Assembly: GCA_965247115.1 (NCBI GenBank)
Contig: CBDFGR010000002.1
Coordinates: 576,001-640,000, forward strand
DNA from: Myxococcota bacterium
Lineage (GTDB): Bacteria > Myxococcota_A > UBA9160 > SZUA-336
Length of the DNA: 64,000 nucleotides
Direction of reading: 5' to 3'
The first letter of the stretch is position 1. Each line of letters opens with the position of its first letter. The position numbers and the translations under genes are program-made. Of this stretch, positions 35,487 through 45,014 are shown piece by piece. The notes beneath the pieces were generated by a model. The model worked only from the letters and a program-made list of their open reading frames with translations. It did no database searches and was not told the DNA's origin.

Positions 35487-36649
35487 TGCCAGGCCCTCTC
35501 GACGGCATTCGCGTGCTCGACCTGACGCAGGGCCTGTGCGGCCCCTTCGCGACCCTGCGCCTTGGCGACGCGGGCGCCGATGTCGTGAAGCTCGAGCCCC
35601 CGAGCGGCGACGCAGCGCGGCGCATGGGCCCGCCGTTCCTCGGGGACGAGAGCGCGCTCTTCCTCGCGCTGAACCGGAACAAGCGCAGCGCGGTCGTCGA
35701 CCTCGAGAGCGGGCCCGGTCGCGCGGCGCTCGCGCGACTCGTCGCCCGCGCGGACGTGCTGGTCGAGGACCTGGGGATGGGGCGGATGGCCGAGCTCGGA
35801 CTCGACCCCGGGCGGGCCAGCACCGCACACCCCGAGCTCATCATCTGCTCGATCAGCGCGTACGGCGACGAGGGTCCACAGGCCGACCAGCCCGGCGCTG
35901 AGCTCGTCATCCAGGCCATGGCCGAGTACACGCGCTCGCTCGGCCGCATCGGGGAGCCGCCCGTGCGCGTCGGTGCCGACATCGCCAACCTGAACACGGC
36001 CATCTTCGCGACCCAGGCGGTGATCGGCGCTCTGCTCGCCCGCGCGCGAACCGGACGCGGGCAGCGCGTGGCGGTCAGCATGCTCGGCACGCTCCTGCAC
36101 CTGCGCGGGATCATGTGGACGGCGATGTCGAACCCCGACGACTGGTGGGGCTTCCACCTTGACCATTACACCAACCCGCCGGAGACGGGCTACGAGACCG
36201 CGGACGGGCGCATCTTCTTCGGCCTGCGCCGGGGCGACAGCGAGGACTTCGACACTCTGATGCTGTCGCTCGGGCTGCAGGATCACACCGTCGACGAGCG
36301 CTTCGGCCACTTTGGCCGCGACGCCGCCCCACTCGGCCGCCATGCCGTCGAGGCGAAGCCGGTCTGGGAGGGCGCCTTCAAGCAGCGCAAGACCGAAGAG
36401 CTGCTCGAGCTCTTCCACGCGGTAGACGGCGACGCGGTCCCGTATACCAACTACGCCGAGATCACGTCGCACCCGCAGGTCCGCGCGCTCGCTGCCCTGT
36501 GCGACGTCGACACCGGCGACGACGCCACGTTCCGGACCGTGCGCGCCCCGTGGCGGCTGCCCGCGAGCCCGGCATCGGTGCGGCGCGGCCCACCGAAGCT
36601 CGGCCAGCACACGCAGGAGATCTTTCGCGAGGCTGGGATCGACGTCTGA
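35486..36649 (+). CDS. Family III CoA-transferase subunit 2
   Basis: ATG overlaps the upstream TGA; PLDGIRVLDL, LNRNKRS, PPKLGQHT. Confidence 0.9.
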   Translation: MPGPLDGIRVLDLTQGLCGPFATLRLGDAGADVVKLEPPSGDAARRMGPPFLGDESALFLALNRNKRSAVVDLESGPGRAALARLVARADVLVEDLGMGRMAELGLDPGRASTAHPELIICSISAYGDEGPQADQPGAELVIQAMAEYTRSLGRIGEPPVRVGADIANLNTAIFATQAVIGALLARARTGRGQRVAVSMLGTLLHLRGIMWTAMSNPDDWWGFHLDHYTNPPETGYETADGRIFFGLRRGDSEDFDTLMLSLGLQDHTVDERFGHFGRDAAPLGRHAVEAKPVWEGAFKQRKTEELLELFHAVDGDAVPYTNYAEITSHPQVRALAALCDVDTGDDATFRTVRAPWRLPASPASVRRGPPKLGQHTQEIFREAGIDV

Positions 36650-36784
36650 CCTCGCATCCGGGTGTATCCTAGGCAGTTCACGACCGGGGTGGCAGAGAAC
36701 CCGACGCTGACCATCGTTGGCCATCCAGCAGGCCAACAATCACCCAGCAGCTGAGCGAGCGGGCGCTCTAGGAGGTTCCTAGCG

Positions 36785-37804
36785 ATGGCCGCCGATCGAT
36801 CCGGCGACGAACACGCGACGTGGATCGCCCAGGTGCACGAGGAAGCCCTCGAGCCCGAGCTCCCGATCTGCGACCCCCACCACCACCTCTGGCTCGACAC
36901 CGGCCATAGTGGTTGGCCGTACACTCTTGAGGACCTACACGCCGACACGGGAGCGGGCCACAACGTGCTGCGCACGGTGTTCCTCGAGTGTGGGGCCCAG
37001 TACCGCAAGGGCGGTCCCAAGCACCTTCGGCCGGTGGGGGAGACCGAGTTCGTCGCCGAAGTCGCCGAGCGAAGCGCAACATCGGGGCAGGCCGAGATCG
37101 CCGGGATCATGGGCAACGCCGACGTATCGCTGGGCGACGCCGTCGAAGAAGTCCTCATCGCTCACGCGGAAGCCGGCGGCGGTCGGTTCCGGGGAGTGCG
37201 CTACATCACGGCCCAGGACGCGCACCGCCCGCTCGCGATGGGTTCGAGCTCGCCTATGGACGACCCCGCTTATCTCGCCGGCGTCCGCAGGATCGGCGCG
37301 ATGGGATACACGTACGACGCCATGGTGTATCACCCGCAGCTGCCCGAGCTCGTCGGAGTCGCGCGCGCGTGTGCCGATACGCCGATCGTGATCAACCACC
37401 TCGGCGGGGTCCTGGGCACCGGCCCGTACAAGGACCGGCGCAAGGAAATCCTCGAGCTCTGGCGGGGGGCCATGGCGAGCCTCGCATCGTGCTCGAACAC
37501 CTACCTGAAGGTCGGCGGCATCGGCATGCCGATGATGGGCTTTCGCTGGGACAAGCGGGATGCGCCCCCTACCTCTGAAGAGCTCGCCGACCCCTGGGAG
37601 GAGCCGATCCGCTACGTCATCGAAGCGTTTGGCCCCAGTCGGTGCATGTTCGAGTCAAACTTCCCGGTCGACAAGCGGGGAGCCGGCTATGTCGTCTTGT
37701 GGAACGCCTTCAAGCGGATCGCCGCGGGCTATTCTACCGACGAGAAGAGGGACCTGTTCCACGATACTGCCGCGCGCGCCTACCGGCTCGACACGCTCGC
37801 TTGA
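36785..37804 (+). CDS. Amidohydrolase 2 family (lactonase-like) protein
   Basis: ICDPHHHLW, INHLGG, RCMFESNFPVD. Confidence 0.9.
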   Translation: MAADRSGDEHATWIAQVHEEALEPELPICDPHHHLWLDTGHSGWPYTLEDLHADTGAGHNVLRTVFLECGAQYRKGGPKHLRPVGETEFVAEVAERSATSGQAEIAGIMGNADVSLGDAVEEVLIAHAEAGGGRFRGVRYITAQDAHRPLAMGSSSPMDDPAYLAGVRRIGAMGYTYDAMVYHPQLPELVGVARACADTPIVINHLGGVLGTGPYKDRRKEILELWRGAMASLASCSNTYLKVGGIGMPMMGFRWDKRDAPPTSEELADPWEEPIRYVIEAFGPSRCMFESNFPVDKRGAGYVVLWNAFKRIAAGYSTDEKRDLFHDTAARAYRLDTLA

Positions 37805-37887
37805 CCAGTTCGCTCGAGTTGGTCGTCAGGAGTCAAGCACAGTTGACACTCGAAGCTGCGACCACCTAGGGGCGTGACGGAATCACA

Positions 37888-39075
37888 GTGGCTCCACTAA
37901 TCAGTCTGCCGGCCGTCTTCATGCGCGGCGGAACAAGCAAGGGGCTCTTCTTTCGGGATTCCGATCTACCGGAGGAGCCGGCCGCCCGCACCCAGTTCTT
38001 CCTGGCCGCACTCGGGAGCCCCGACCCGTACGAGCGCCAGCTCGACGGTCTGGGTGGCGGGATCTCCTCGCTCTCCAAGGTCATGGTCGTGGCCACGTCG
38101 GACGCGCCGGACATCGACGTCCAGTACACGTTTGGTCAGGTGGCAGTGGATCGCGCCGTGGTGGATTACTCCGGCAACTGCGGGAACCTCTCCTCTGCAG
38201 TCGGGCCGTTCGCAGTCGACGAGGGGCTCGTCCGCGTATCGGGCGACCGCGCGGTCTTGCGAATGCTCAATACGAATACCAGCAAGATCGTGCGCTCCGA
38301 GTTCGGCCTGGTAGGGGATCGGGCGGAGGTTGACGGAGACCTCGCCATTCCCGGCGTCGCGGGCCGTGGAGCGCCCGTTCGGCTCGACTTCCTGGATCCA
38401 GGTGGCGCGGTCACGGGCAGCCTCCTGCCCACTGGGACCGTGCGCGAGACGCTGAAGGTGAAGGATTGGGGGGCCTACGAGGTATCGATCGTCGACGCAA
38501 CGACGCCCGTAGTGACAGTCCGGGCTCGTGACGTGGGACTGAAGGCCACGGAGCAGCCCAACCTCCTACAGGCGGACACCCTGCTTCTACGCAGGCTCGA
38601 GGCGATCCGCGTCGCGGCCGGGGTAGCCATCGGATTGGGAACCGAGGAAGAGGTGCGCCGCGATTTTCCGGCGACCCCCAAGCTTCTGCTAGTGGCGAAG
38701 GCTGCGCATGGACCGAGTCTCGACGGAAGCGAGCTCTCCGCTCCCGACATGGACCTGATGGTGCGCGCGATCTCCATGGGTCTTCCCCACCGAGCGGTGC
38801 CGCTGACGACAGCCATGTGTCTGGCGGTAGCCGCGCGTATCGAAGGAACGTTGCCGCACGAAGTTGCTGGAATCCGCACTTCGGATGACCTTCGCATCGG
38901 GCATCCCTCGGGAATCTCCACCGTGTCTGCGAAGGTGGATCGCCAGACGCAATGGAGGGCTCAACGTGTCAGCGTCGTTCGTACCGCGCGCCGGTTGATG
39001 GCCGGGGAGGTGTACGTCCCCTCGTCTGCGGACAGCGGCGGGCGCAAAGCCCGCGGGAGCGGGGTCGCGTCGTGA
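37888..39075 (+). CDS. prpF: PrpF/AcnD-accessory family isomerase
   Basis: FMRGGTSKG, GSPDP..RQLDGLGGG.SSLSK, NCGN, GHPSG, RTARRLM. Confidence 0.9.
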   Translation: MAPLISLPAVFMRGGTSKGLFFRDSDLPEEPAARTQFFLAALGSPDPYERQLDGLGGGISSLSKVMVVATSDAPDIDVQYTFGQVAVDRAVVDYSGNCGNLSSAVGPFAVDEGLVRVSGDRAVLRMLNTNTSKIVRSEFGLVGDRAEVDGDLAIPGVAGRGAPVRLDFLDPGGAVTGSLLPTGTVRETLKVKDWGAYEVSIVDATTPVVTVRARDVGLKATEQPNLLQADTLLLRRLEAIRVAAGVAIGLGTEEEVRRDFPATPKLLLVAKAAHGPSLDGSELSAPDMDLMVRAISMGLPHRAVPLTTAMCLAVAARIEGTLPHEVAGIRTSDDLRIGHPSGISTVSAKVDRQTQWRAQRVSVVRTARRLMAGEVYVPSSADSGGRKARGSGVAS

Positions 39076-39941
39076 CCGCCGCTTCCTCTCTGCGCCAATT
39101 GATCGAACGGGACAACGCGCTGGTCGCGCCGGGGGTCTGGGATGGGCTCTCCGCACGCATGGTCGAGCGCGGGGGGTTTCGGCTGGTCTACGCCAGCGGG
39201 GGTGCCATCTCTCGCAGCGCGGCACTGCCGGATCTGAACCTCCTCTCCGTGGACGAGGTCGTAGGCAGGGTGAGAAGTATCACCGCCGCGGTTCAGATCC
39301 CGGTGCTTGCGGATGCGGATACGGGGTACGGCGGCCCGTTGAACGTCCACCGCGCCGTCCGGATGTTCGAGGATGCAGGCGTGGCCGGCCTTCATATCGA
39401 GGACCAGGCCTTTCCCAAGCGGTGCGGCCACTACGAGGACAAGACCGTGGTCAGCCCAGCGGAAATGGTCCAGCGTCTACACGCCGCGTGCGACGCACGC
39501 CGCGCTGCCAGTTTCGTGATTGTCGCGCGGACGGATGCGCTTGCCGTGGAAACGTTCGACTCCGTCGTGGAGCGGGCTCATCGGTACATGGAAGCGGGCG
39601 CCGACATGATCTTCGTGGAGGCACCGACCACGGAGCGCGAAATTGAAGCAATCGCCCACGCCCTTCCGTACCCCAAGGTCATCAACATGTTCCACGGCGG
39701 GAAGACACCCGTGGTGCAGCTGGCGCGGCTGAACGCGCTGGGGTATCGCATTGTGATCGTTCCATCCGATTTACAGCGGGCGGCCCTGTTCGCGATCAAC
39801 GAGGCGCTGGCGAGCATCCGCCGCGACGGCAACACACAGGCGATCTCGGATCGCATGACCTCTTTCGCGGAACGCGAAGAGATCGTCCGCACCGCGGACC
39901 ATCTCGCCCGCGCCAAGAGATACGTCGGCGATTCGAGCTGA
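39072..39941 (+). CDS. Isocitrate lyase/PEP mutase superfamily lyase (methylisocitrate/2,3-dimethylmalate lyase-like)
   Basis: GTG 39072 overlapping the prpF stop; DADTGYG, IEDQ.FPKRCGH, ARTDA. Confidence 0.9.
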   Translation: MTAASSLRQLIERDNALVAPGVWDGLSARMVERGGFRLVYASGGAISRSAALPDLNLLSVDEVVGRVRSITAAVQIPVLADADTGYGGPLNVHRAVRMFEDAGVAGLHIEDQAFPKRCGHYEDKTVVSPAEMVQRLHAACDARRAASFVIVARTDALAVETFDSVVERAHRYMEAGADMIFVEAPTTEREIEAIAHALPYPKVINMFHGGKTPVVQLARLNALGYRIVIVPSDLQRAALFAINEALASIRRDGNTQAISDRMTSFAEREEIVRTADHLARAKRYVGDSS

Positions 39942-39958
39942 GCGCTACCGGAGGCCGC

Positions 39959-41428
39959 ATGGACTCTTACGATGTGATCGTCGTCGGGGCCGGAAACGCG
40001 GCCTGCGCTGCCGCGGTTTCCGCGCGCCAGCTGGGCGCGAAGCGAGTCATCGTACTGGAGAAGGCCCAGGAGGATCTGCGCGGTGGGAATACCCACTACA
40101 GCGGCGGCCTGCTCCGCGTCGCCTTCGAAGGCGCCGAGGACCTCTTGCAGCTCATTCCCGATGTAGAGAAGCAGGCGCCGGGGTTTCTGAAGGGAGTCAC
40201 GGCGTACACGGGAGGCGACTACTGGAACGATCTCCAACGCGTTACAGAGGGCCGCACCGCAGAAGATCTCGCCGAGATCCTGATCTCGAAATCGTTCGAC
40301 ACCGTCAAATGGATGAAGGGCACAGGCATCGAGCTCGAGGCGGCCGTAGCCCTGAGCGCGATCAAAGTGGACGGCGAGCTCAAGTGGCCCACAGGGGCAG
40401 TCGTGCGCGCCGTCGCAATGGGAATCGGACTCTCCCGAATGTGGTTCCAGACCCTGGCTCACCACGGAGTCGAGGTGCGCTACGGCACGCGCGGGGTGCA
40501 GCTCTTGCTAGAGCACTCCGGACGCGTGACCGGTGTTCGAACGATGGGCCCGGGGGGCCTTGAAGATCTCTCGGGGCACACCGTTGTACTCGCCTGCGGC
40601 GGTTTCGAGGCCAATCCCGAGTGGAGGGCTCGCTATCTGGGCCCTCCGTGGGATCACGCCAAGGTGCGCGGTACGCAGTTCAACACGGGCGATGGCCTGC
40701 GGATGGCGCTAGACGTGGGCGCGCTTCCCTTCGGTCAGTGGACCGGCTGCCATTCGACGCCCATCAGCCTCGAGGCGCCGCCCTACGGCGACCGCAAGCT
40801 GACGGACCAGACCAACCGGCTGTCGTACCCGTTCGGGATTCTCGTCAATCGGCGGGGAGAGCGCTTCTGCAACGAGGGCGAGGACTTCCAGTGGTACACG
40901 TACGCGAAGATGGGGCGCATCATCCTCAACGAGCCGGGCGGCTACGCCTACCAGATCTTCGACTCCAAGGTCGCCGGCTTCCTGGAGCCGCGCTACAAGA
41001 CGAGCCGACCCGTCCATGCGGACAGCCTCGGAGGCCTCGTGGCGCAGCTGGATGTAGACCATGAGGCGTGCTCGAAGACGATCGCTGCCTACAACTCGGC
41101 GTCGCGCACGGGCAGCTTCGATCCGGTCAAGCTCGACGGGCTCAGGACCCGGGGACTGGCGATCGACAAATCGAACTGGGCCCAACCCCTCGACACGCCG
41201 CCGTACAGGGCGTACCCCGTCACCGGCGGCATCACGTTCACGTTCGGAGGGCTGCGGATCAACGAACGCGCCCAGGTCATCGACGTGGCCAACAACGTGA
41301 TCCCCGGCCTCTACGGTTGCGGTGAGATGGTGGGCGGACTCTTCCACAGCAACTACCCGGGTGGTACCGGCCTGGTTTCCGGCGCCGTGTTCGGACGAAT
41401 CGCCGGGGCGGAAGCCGCGAGCGGCTAA
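39959..41428 (+). CDS. tcuA: FAD-dependent tricarballylate dehydrogenase-like flavoprotein
   Basis: VVGAGNAA, RGGNT, ACGGFEAN, VRGT..NTGDG, GITFTFGGL, NYPGGTGL. Confidence 0.85.
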   Translation: MDSYDVIVVGAGNAACAAAVSARQLGAKRVIVLEKAQEDLRGGNTHYSGGLLRVAFEGAEDLLQLIPDVEKQAPGFLKGVTAYTGGDYWNDLQRVTEGRTAEDLAEILISKSFDTVKWMKGTGIELEAAVALSAIKVDGELKWPTGAVVRAVAMGIGLSRMWFQTLAHHGVEVRYGTRGVQLLLEHSGRVTGVRTMGPGGLEDLSGHTVVLACGGFEANPEWRARYLGPPWDHAKVRGTQFNTGDGLRMALDVGALPFGQWTGCHSTPISLEAPPYGDRKLTDQTNRLSYPFGILVNRRGERFCNEGEDFQWYTYAKMGRIILNEPGGYAYQIFDSKVAGFLEPRYKTSRPVHADSLGGLVAQLDVDHEACSKTIAAYNSASRTGSFDPVKLDGLRTRGLAIDKSNWAQPLDTPPYRAYPVTGGITFTFGGLRINERAQVIDVANNVIPGLYGCGEMVGGLFHSNYPGGTGLVSGAVFGRIAGAEAASG

Positions 41429-41527
41429 ACCTCCGATGAAGAGGGAGTCGAGCGCCACGACGCCCCGGACGCAGAGCCTAGGGCGTTCAAGGGCATCAGC
41501 ATCATCTCCGCGACCGGACCCCGTCGA

Positions 41528-42232
41528 CTACACCTTCAGCCAGGGCGAAGCGCGCGCTCCCCCAGGCACGTCCCATGGATCGAGTAGCCCATGCCGCCGC
41601 CACCCCTGGGCCAGCAGCCACGTGTGGGGGGCGGCAACCGATCGAGAATCCGGACGACACTCGACTCGCGCCCTACTCCTCTTCCAACCGTCAAACCAGC
41701 GCCCCGATGAAGCGGGATCCAGCTCCTGGAGCGCCCTGCGGCGATGCCGCGCCGCGTTGAGCAGAACGTACCGGATCGCATTCCGAACCTGGCGCGGCGT
41801 CTTCAGTATCCGCAGATGGTATCGGTCCGCCAGCAGCCGGCCCCGCCACCCGAACGCTCGACGCATCGCCCATCCCATCCTCTTAGCAAGAGACTTCATC
41901 CCGCGACCGAGCGCGTACTGATCCCTTGCCTCGACAATGACGTGCGCATGGTCCCGCAAGAGCGCGTAGTGCACCAGGCGGAAGTCCCCCCGGTCGCAAC
42001 CACCCACGAGCGAAGCTTCGAACGCCCTCACAAAGGCCGGAGCTCGTGGCGACGGAACACCCGCGCGCAGCCGCAGCGTCACGTGGCAGGGATGTCGCGA
42101 CGAGAGAGTCGGCCGACTCTCGTGCCGAACCCGAGGATTCGGTCCGGGCCTACGCCCGGCACCGTTGCGCCAGCCGCCATGACGGGCTTGAGCCCGTAGG
42201 TCAAGCACGAGCTGTCGGTCCAACCTCTTCAC
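41528..42232 (-). mobile_element. Y1 HUH tyrosine transposase (IS200-like/REP-associated RAYT type)
   Basis: HVTLR, HY...DHAHVIVE (HUH), DRYH, YVLLN (catalytic Tyr), DPASS; inserted opposite the upstream operon. Confidence 0.85.
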
Positions 42233-42455
42233 ATGTTCACCAATCAGTGTTGATAGCGGCTTTCTTTAGATTAGTGGTGTTTCAGAGGGCTCGGTGTCGG
42301 TTTCACTCGAGTTTCCGCCCGACAGAGAACTCCACCAAGCGAGCGGGGCCGCGCCACCCGACCCACCATTCGAGCCAATCAGCGACGGTGCGTATGAAGG
42401 ACAACAGAGCGGGTGTTCACGGACCGTCTTGGCGCCCGTTGCGAGGCGGGAGGAA

Positions 42456-43739
42456 CTAGGTCTGCGCGAGCGGTCTGCCGGGTGTGAACTCGCACGGCAT
42501 GCGCTTCAGGCCGTGGATGAAGTTCGACGCCAGGCGTTCCGGGTCCGCGCTCACGCGGAGGTCGGGCAGGCGCTGGAAGATCTGGCGGAAGGCCACGAGC
42601 ATCTCGCGCCGGGCGAGGTGGGCTCCCATGCAGAAATGGGCCCCCGGCCCGCCGAAGCCGACGTGCTCGTTCGGGCTGCGCGTGATGTCGAAGCGATGCG
42701 GCTCGTCGAATACCGCCTCGTCGCGGTTCGCCGAGTTGTAGAACATCACCACCTTCTCGCCCTCGCGGATCTTCTGGCCCGAGAGCTCGGTGTCGCGCGT
42801 CGCCGTGCGCCGGAAGTAGATGACGGGGGTCGCCCAGCGCACGATCTCCTCGATCGCGGTAGGAGCCATGCTCTCGAAGTCCGCCGCCCACTTCGCGCGC
42901 TGCTCCGGGTGATCGGAGAGCGCCTTCATCCCGTGACTGATCGCGTTGCGCGTCGTCTCGTTGCCGGCCACGACCAGCAAGACGAAGAACGACCCGAGTT
43001 CTGACTCGTCGAGCTTCTCGCCCTCGAGCTCCGCGTTCACGAGTGACGAGGTCAGGTCGTCGGTCGGGTTCTTGATACGCTCCCGACCCAACTCCTGCAC
43101 CAGCTGGGCGAGCTCGGCGCCAGCACCGAGCAGCGCGGGAACGAGCTTCTCCGGTTCGGACACGTACTCGGGATCAGTGGCCCCCAGGATCACGTTTGTG
43201 CGGTCGAACACGAACTGATGCTGGCTCTCGGGAATGCCCATCATGTTGCAGATGATCCAGAGCGGCAACGGAGCGGCGATATCCCCGACGAAGTCGCACT
43301 CCCCGCGCTCAATCACGGCGTCGATCACGCGCGTCGCGATCCGCGCCACGTCCTCTTCCGTCTGACGAATCATGCGCGGCGTGAAGCCACGCGAGACGAT
43401 TCGTCGCAGCCGCGCGTGCCTGGGGTCGTCCATGCTGATCATCGACCCGAAGAACTCCTGGAACGGCTGGGGCAGATCGCCAATGTTCGTGCCCTTCCCG
43501 GAGCAGTAGAGCTGCGCGTTTCGGCTGATCTTCAGCACGTCGGCGTGACGTGTCACTGCCCAGTAGCCGGGGCCCTGCGGGAGGCCCTCGAGGATGGTCT
43601 CGGGCTCCGCGTGGAAGGAGATCGGCCGCTCGCGCCGAAGGGTCTGGAACGCGCCCTCGCGCTCCTCGAGCGGACGCCTCCAGAAGTCGCTCGACGACAG
43701 CTCGATCTCGTCGACCGCGAGAACGGGGACAGGCTGCAT
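42456..43739 (-). CDS. Cytochrome P450 (CYP124/125/142-like)
   Basis: MDDPRH, AGNETT, EEIVR (ExxR), SANRDE, FGGPGAHFCMG heme motif. Confidence 0.95.
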   Translation of the reverse strand: MQPVPVLAVDEIELSSSDFWRRPLEEREGAFQTLRRERPISFHAEPETILEGLPQGPGYWAVTRHADVLKISRNAQLYCSGKGTNIGDLPQPFQEFFGSMISMDDPRHARLRRIVSRGFTPRMIRQTEEDVARIATRVIDAVIERGECDFVGDIAAPLPLWIICNMMGIPESQHQFVFDRTNVILGATDPEYVSEPEKLVPALLGAGAELAQLVQELGRERIKNPTDDLTSSLVNAELEGEKLDESELGSFFVLLVVAGNETTRNAISHGMKALSDHPEQRAKWAADFESMAPTAIEEIVRWATPVIYFRRTATRDTELSGQKIREGEKVVMFYNSANRDEAVFDEPHRFDITRSPNEHVGFGGPGAHFCMGAHLARREMLVAFRQIFQRLPDLRVSADPERLASNFIHGLKRMPCEFTPGRPLAQT

Positions 43740-43759
43740 GGGTCCTCCTACGCTCGATT

Positions 43760-44895
43760 CTACAGATCGTAGGCCGTGGTGACCGCGTCGCCCAGAAGGT
43801 TCCTGCCCGTCGTCTCCGAGAGCCCGGAAACCAGGCGCTCGAGCTCGTCCATGTAGTTCTCGGGATGATCGAAGTGGGGGAAGTCGGTGGCCCAGAAGAA
43901 GCGGTCGTTTCCGACGTGGTCGATGATGAGCGGGAGGGCCGTCTCGTCGGGGTCTCGGAGATCCAGCACTGCCGGCGGAAGTAGAAGCTCGGCTTCTCCT
44001 TGAGCGGCACGCTGTCGCCGAGGCTTGTCTCGTACGTGGCGTCCATGCGGTCGAGAGAGGCCCCGATCCAGCCCGCGCCCGACTCGAGCACGATCGTCTT
44101 GACCGCTGGGAAGCGATCGAAGAGGCCCCACTGGAACAGCCCGTAGAAGGCCTGCTGCGGACCCTGCATGCCGAGCGCGTTCTGCATCCAGCGGGCCTGC
44201 TTCATGCCGTCGAAGCGCTGGTACGTGCGGATCTTCGGGTGCTCTGACATGGGGTGAATCGCGACGGGCACACCGAGGTCCTGGGCCTTCGCCCAGAACG
44301 GGTCGTGCTCCGTGTGCGCGTGCGGGATCCGGGTGAGCGTGTAGGGCGAGAGGAAGGCCCCCTTTGCCCCGGAGCGGACGGAACGCTCGAGCTCCGCTGC
44401 GGCCTCCCCGGGATCGACGAGCGAGATGTGCGCGATGGCGACCAGACGCCCGGCGGTGTCGCTGCAGAACTCGCAGATCCAGCGGTTGTACGCGCGCGCG
44501 TAGGCCAAATGGAGCTCCGGGTCCTCGAGCTCGCACTCCCAGGTCAGGCCAAGGGTCGGGTAGAGGATGGCCTTGGCCAGCCCTTCGCGATCGAGGAGCG
44601 CGACCCGCTCCTTTGGATCGGTCGATCCGAAGGGCGCGCCAGCCAGGTAGTCGAGGCTCGACAGCACCCCCAGCTCCTCACCGGACTTGCCCATGCCACC
44701 ACCGAGGATGTTGAGGCCGGAGGGGGTCAGGAACCGGGACGGCTTTCCCCCGATCTCGATCACCTCGCGATCGCCGTGCACGGTCAGCCGCAGCGCGCGT
44801 TCGCGCAGCGGAGGATCGATGTAGCGCTCCCACAGATCGAGTGGCTCGAGGATGTGCCCATCGGCGTCGACGACGTTGTCGTATGAGAGCGCCAT
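43760..44895 (-). CDS. Amidohydrolase 2 family protein, single-base frameshift near 43955
   Basis: VVDADGH...LESGAGW...RQCWIS in one frame, then DPDETALP...WATDFPHFD in another; junction TCC GA GAC lacks one base. Confidence 0.85.
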
Positions 44896-45014
44896 GCGAG
44901 GCCTCCTCTACGGAAGCCTACCACCGCTCGAAGACAAGGTGCGTCGAGGTGATCGCGGATCATCTCCGGCAGATCAGCCGGAATCTCTTCAGTCATGCTG
45001 TCTGCCGCCGCTTG

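Noticed and set aside
43309..44895. 528-aa amidohydrolase overlapping the P450
   Set aside because: Artefact of the one-base deletion near 43955; the real end is 43760.
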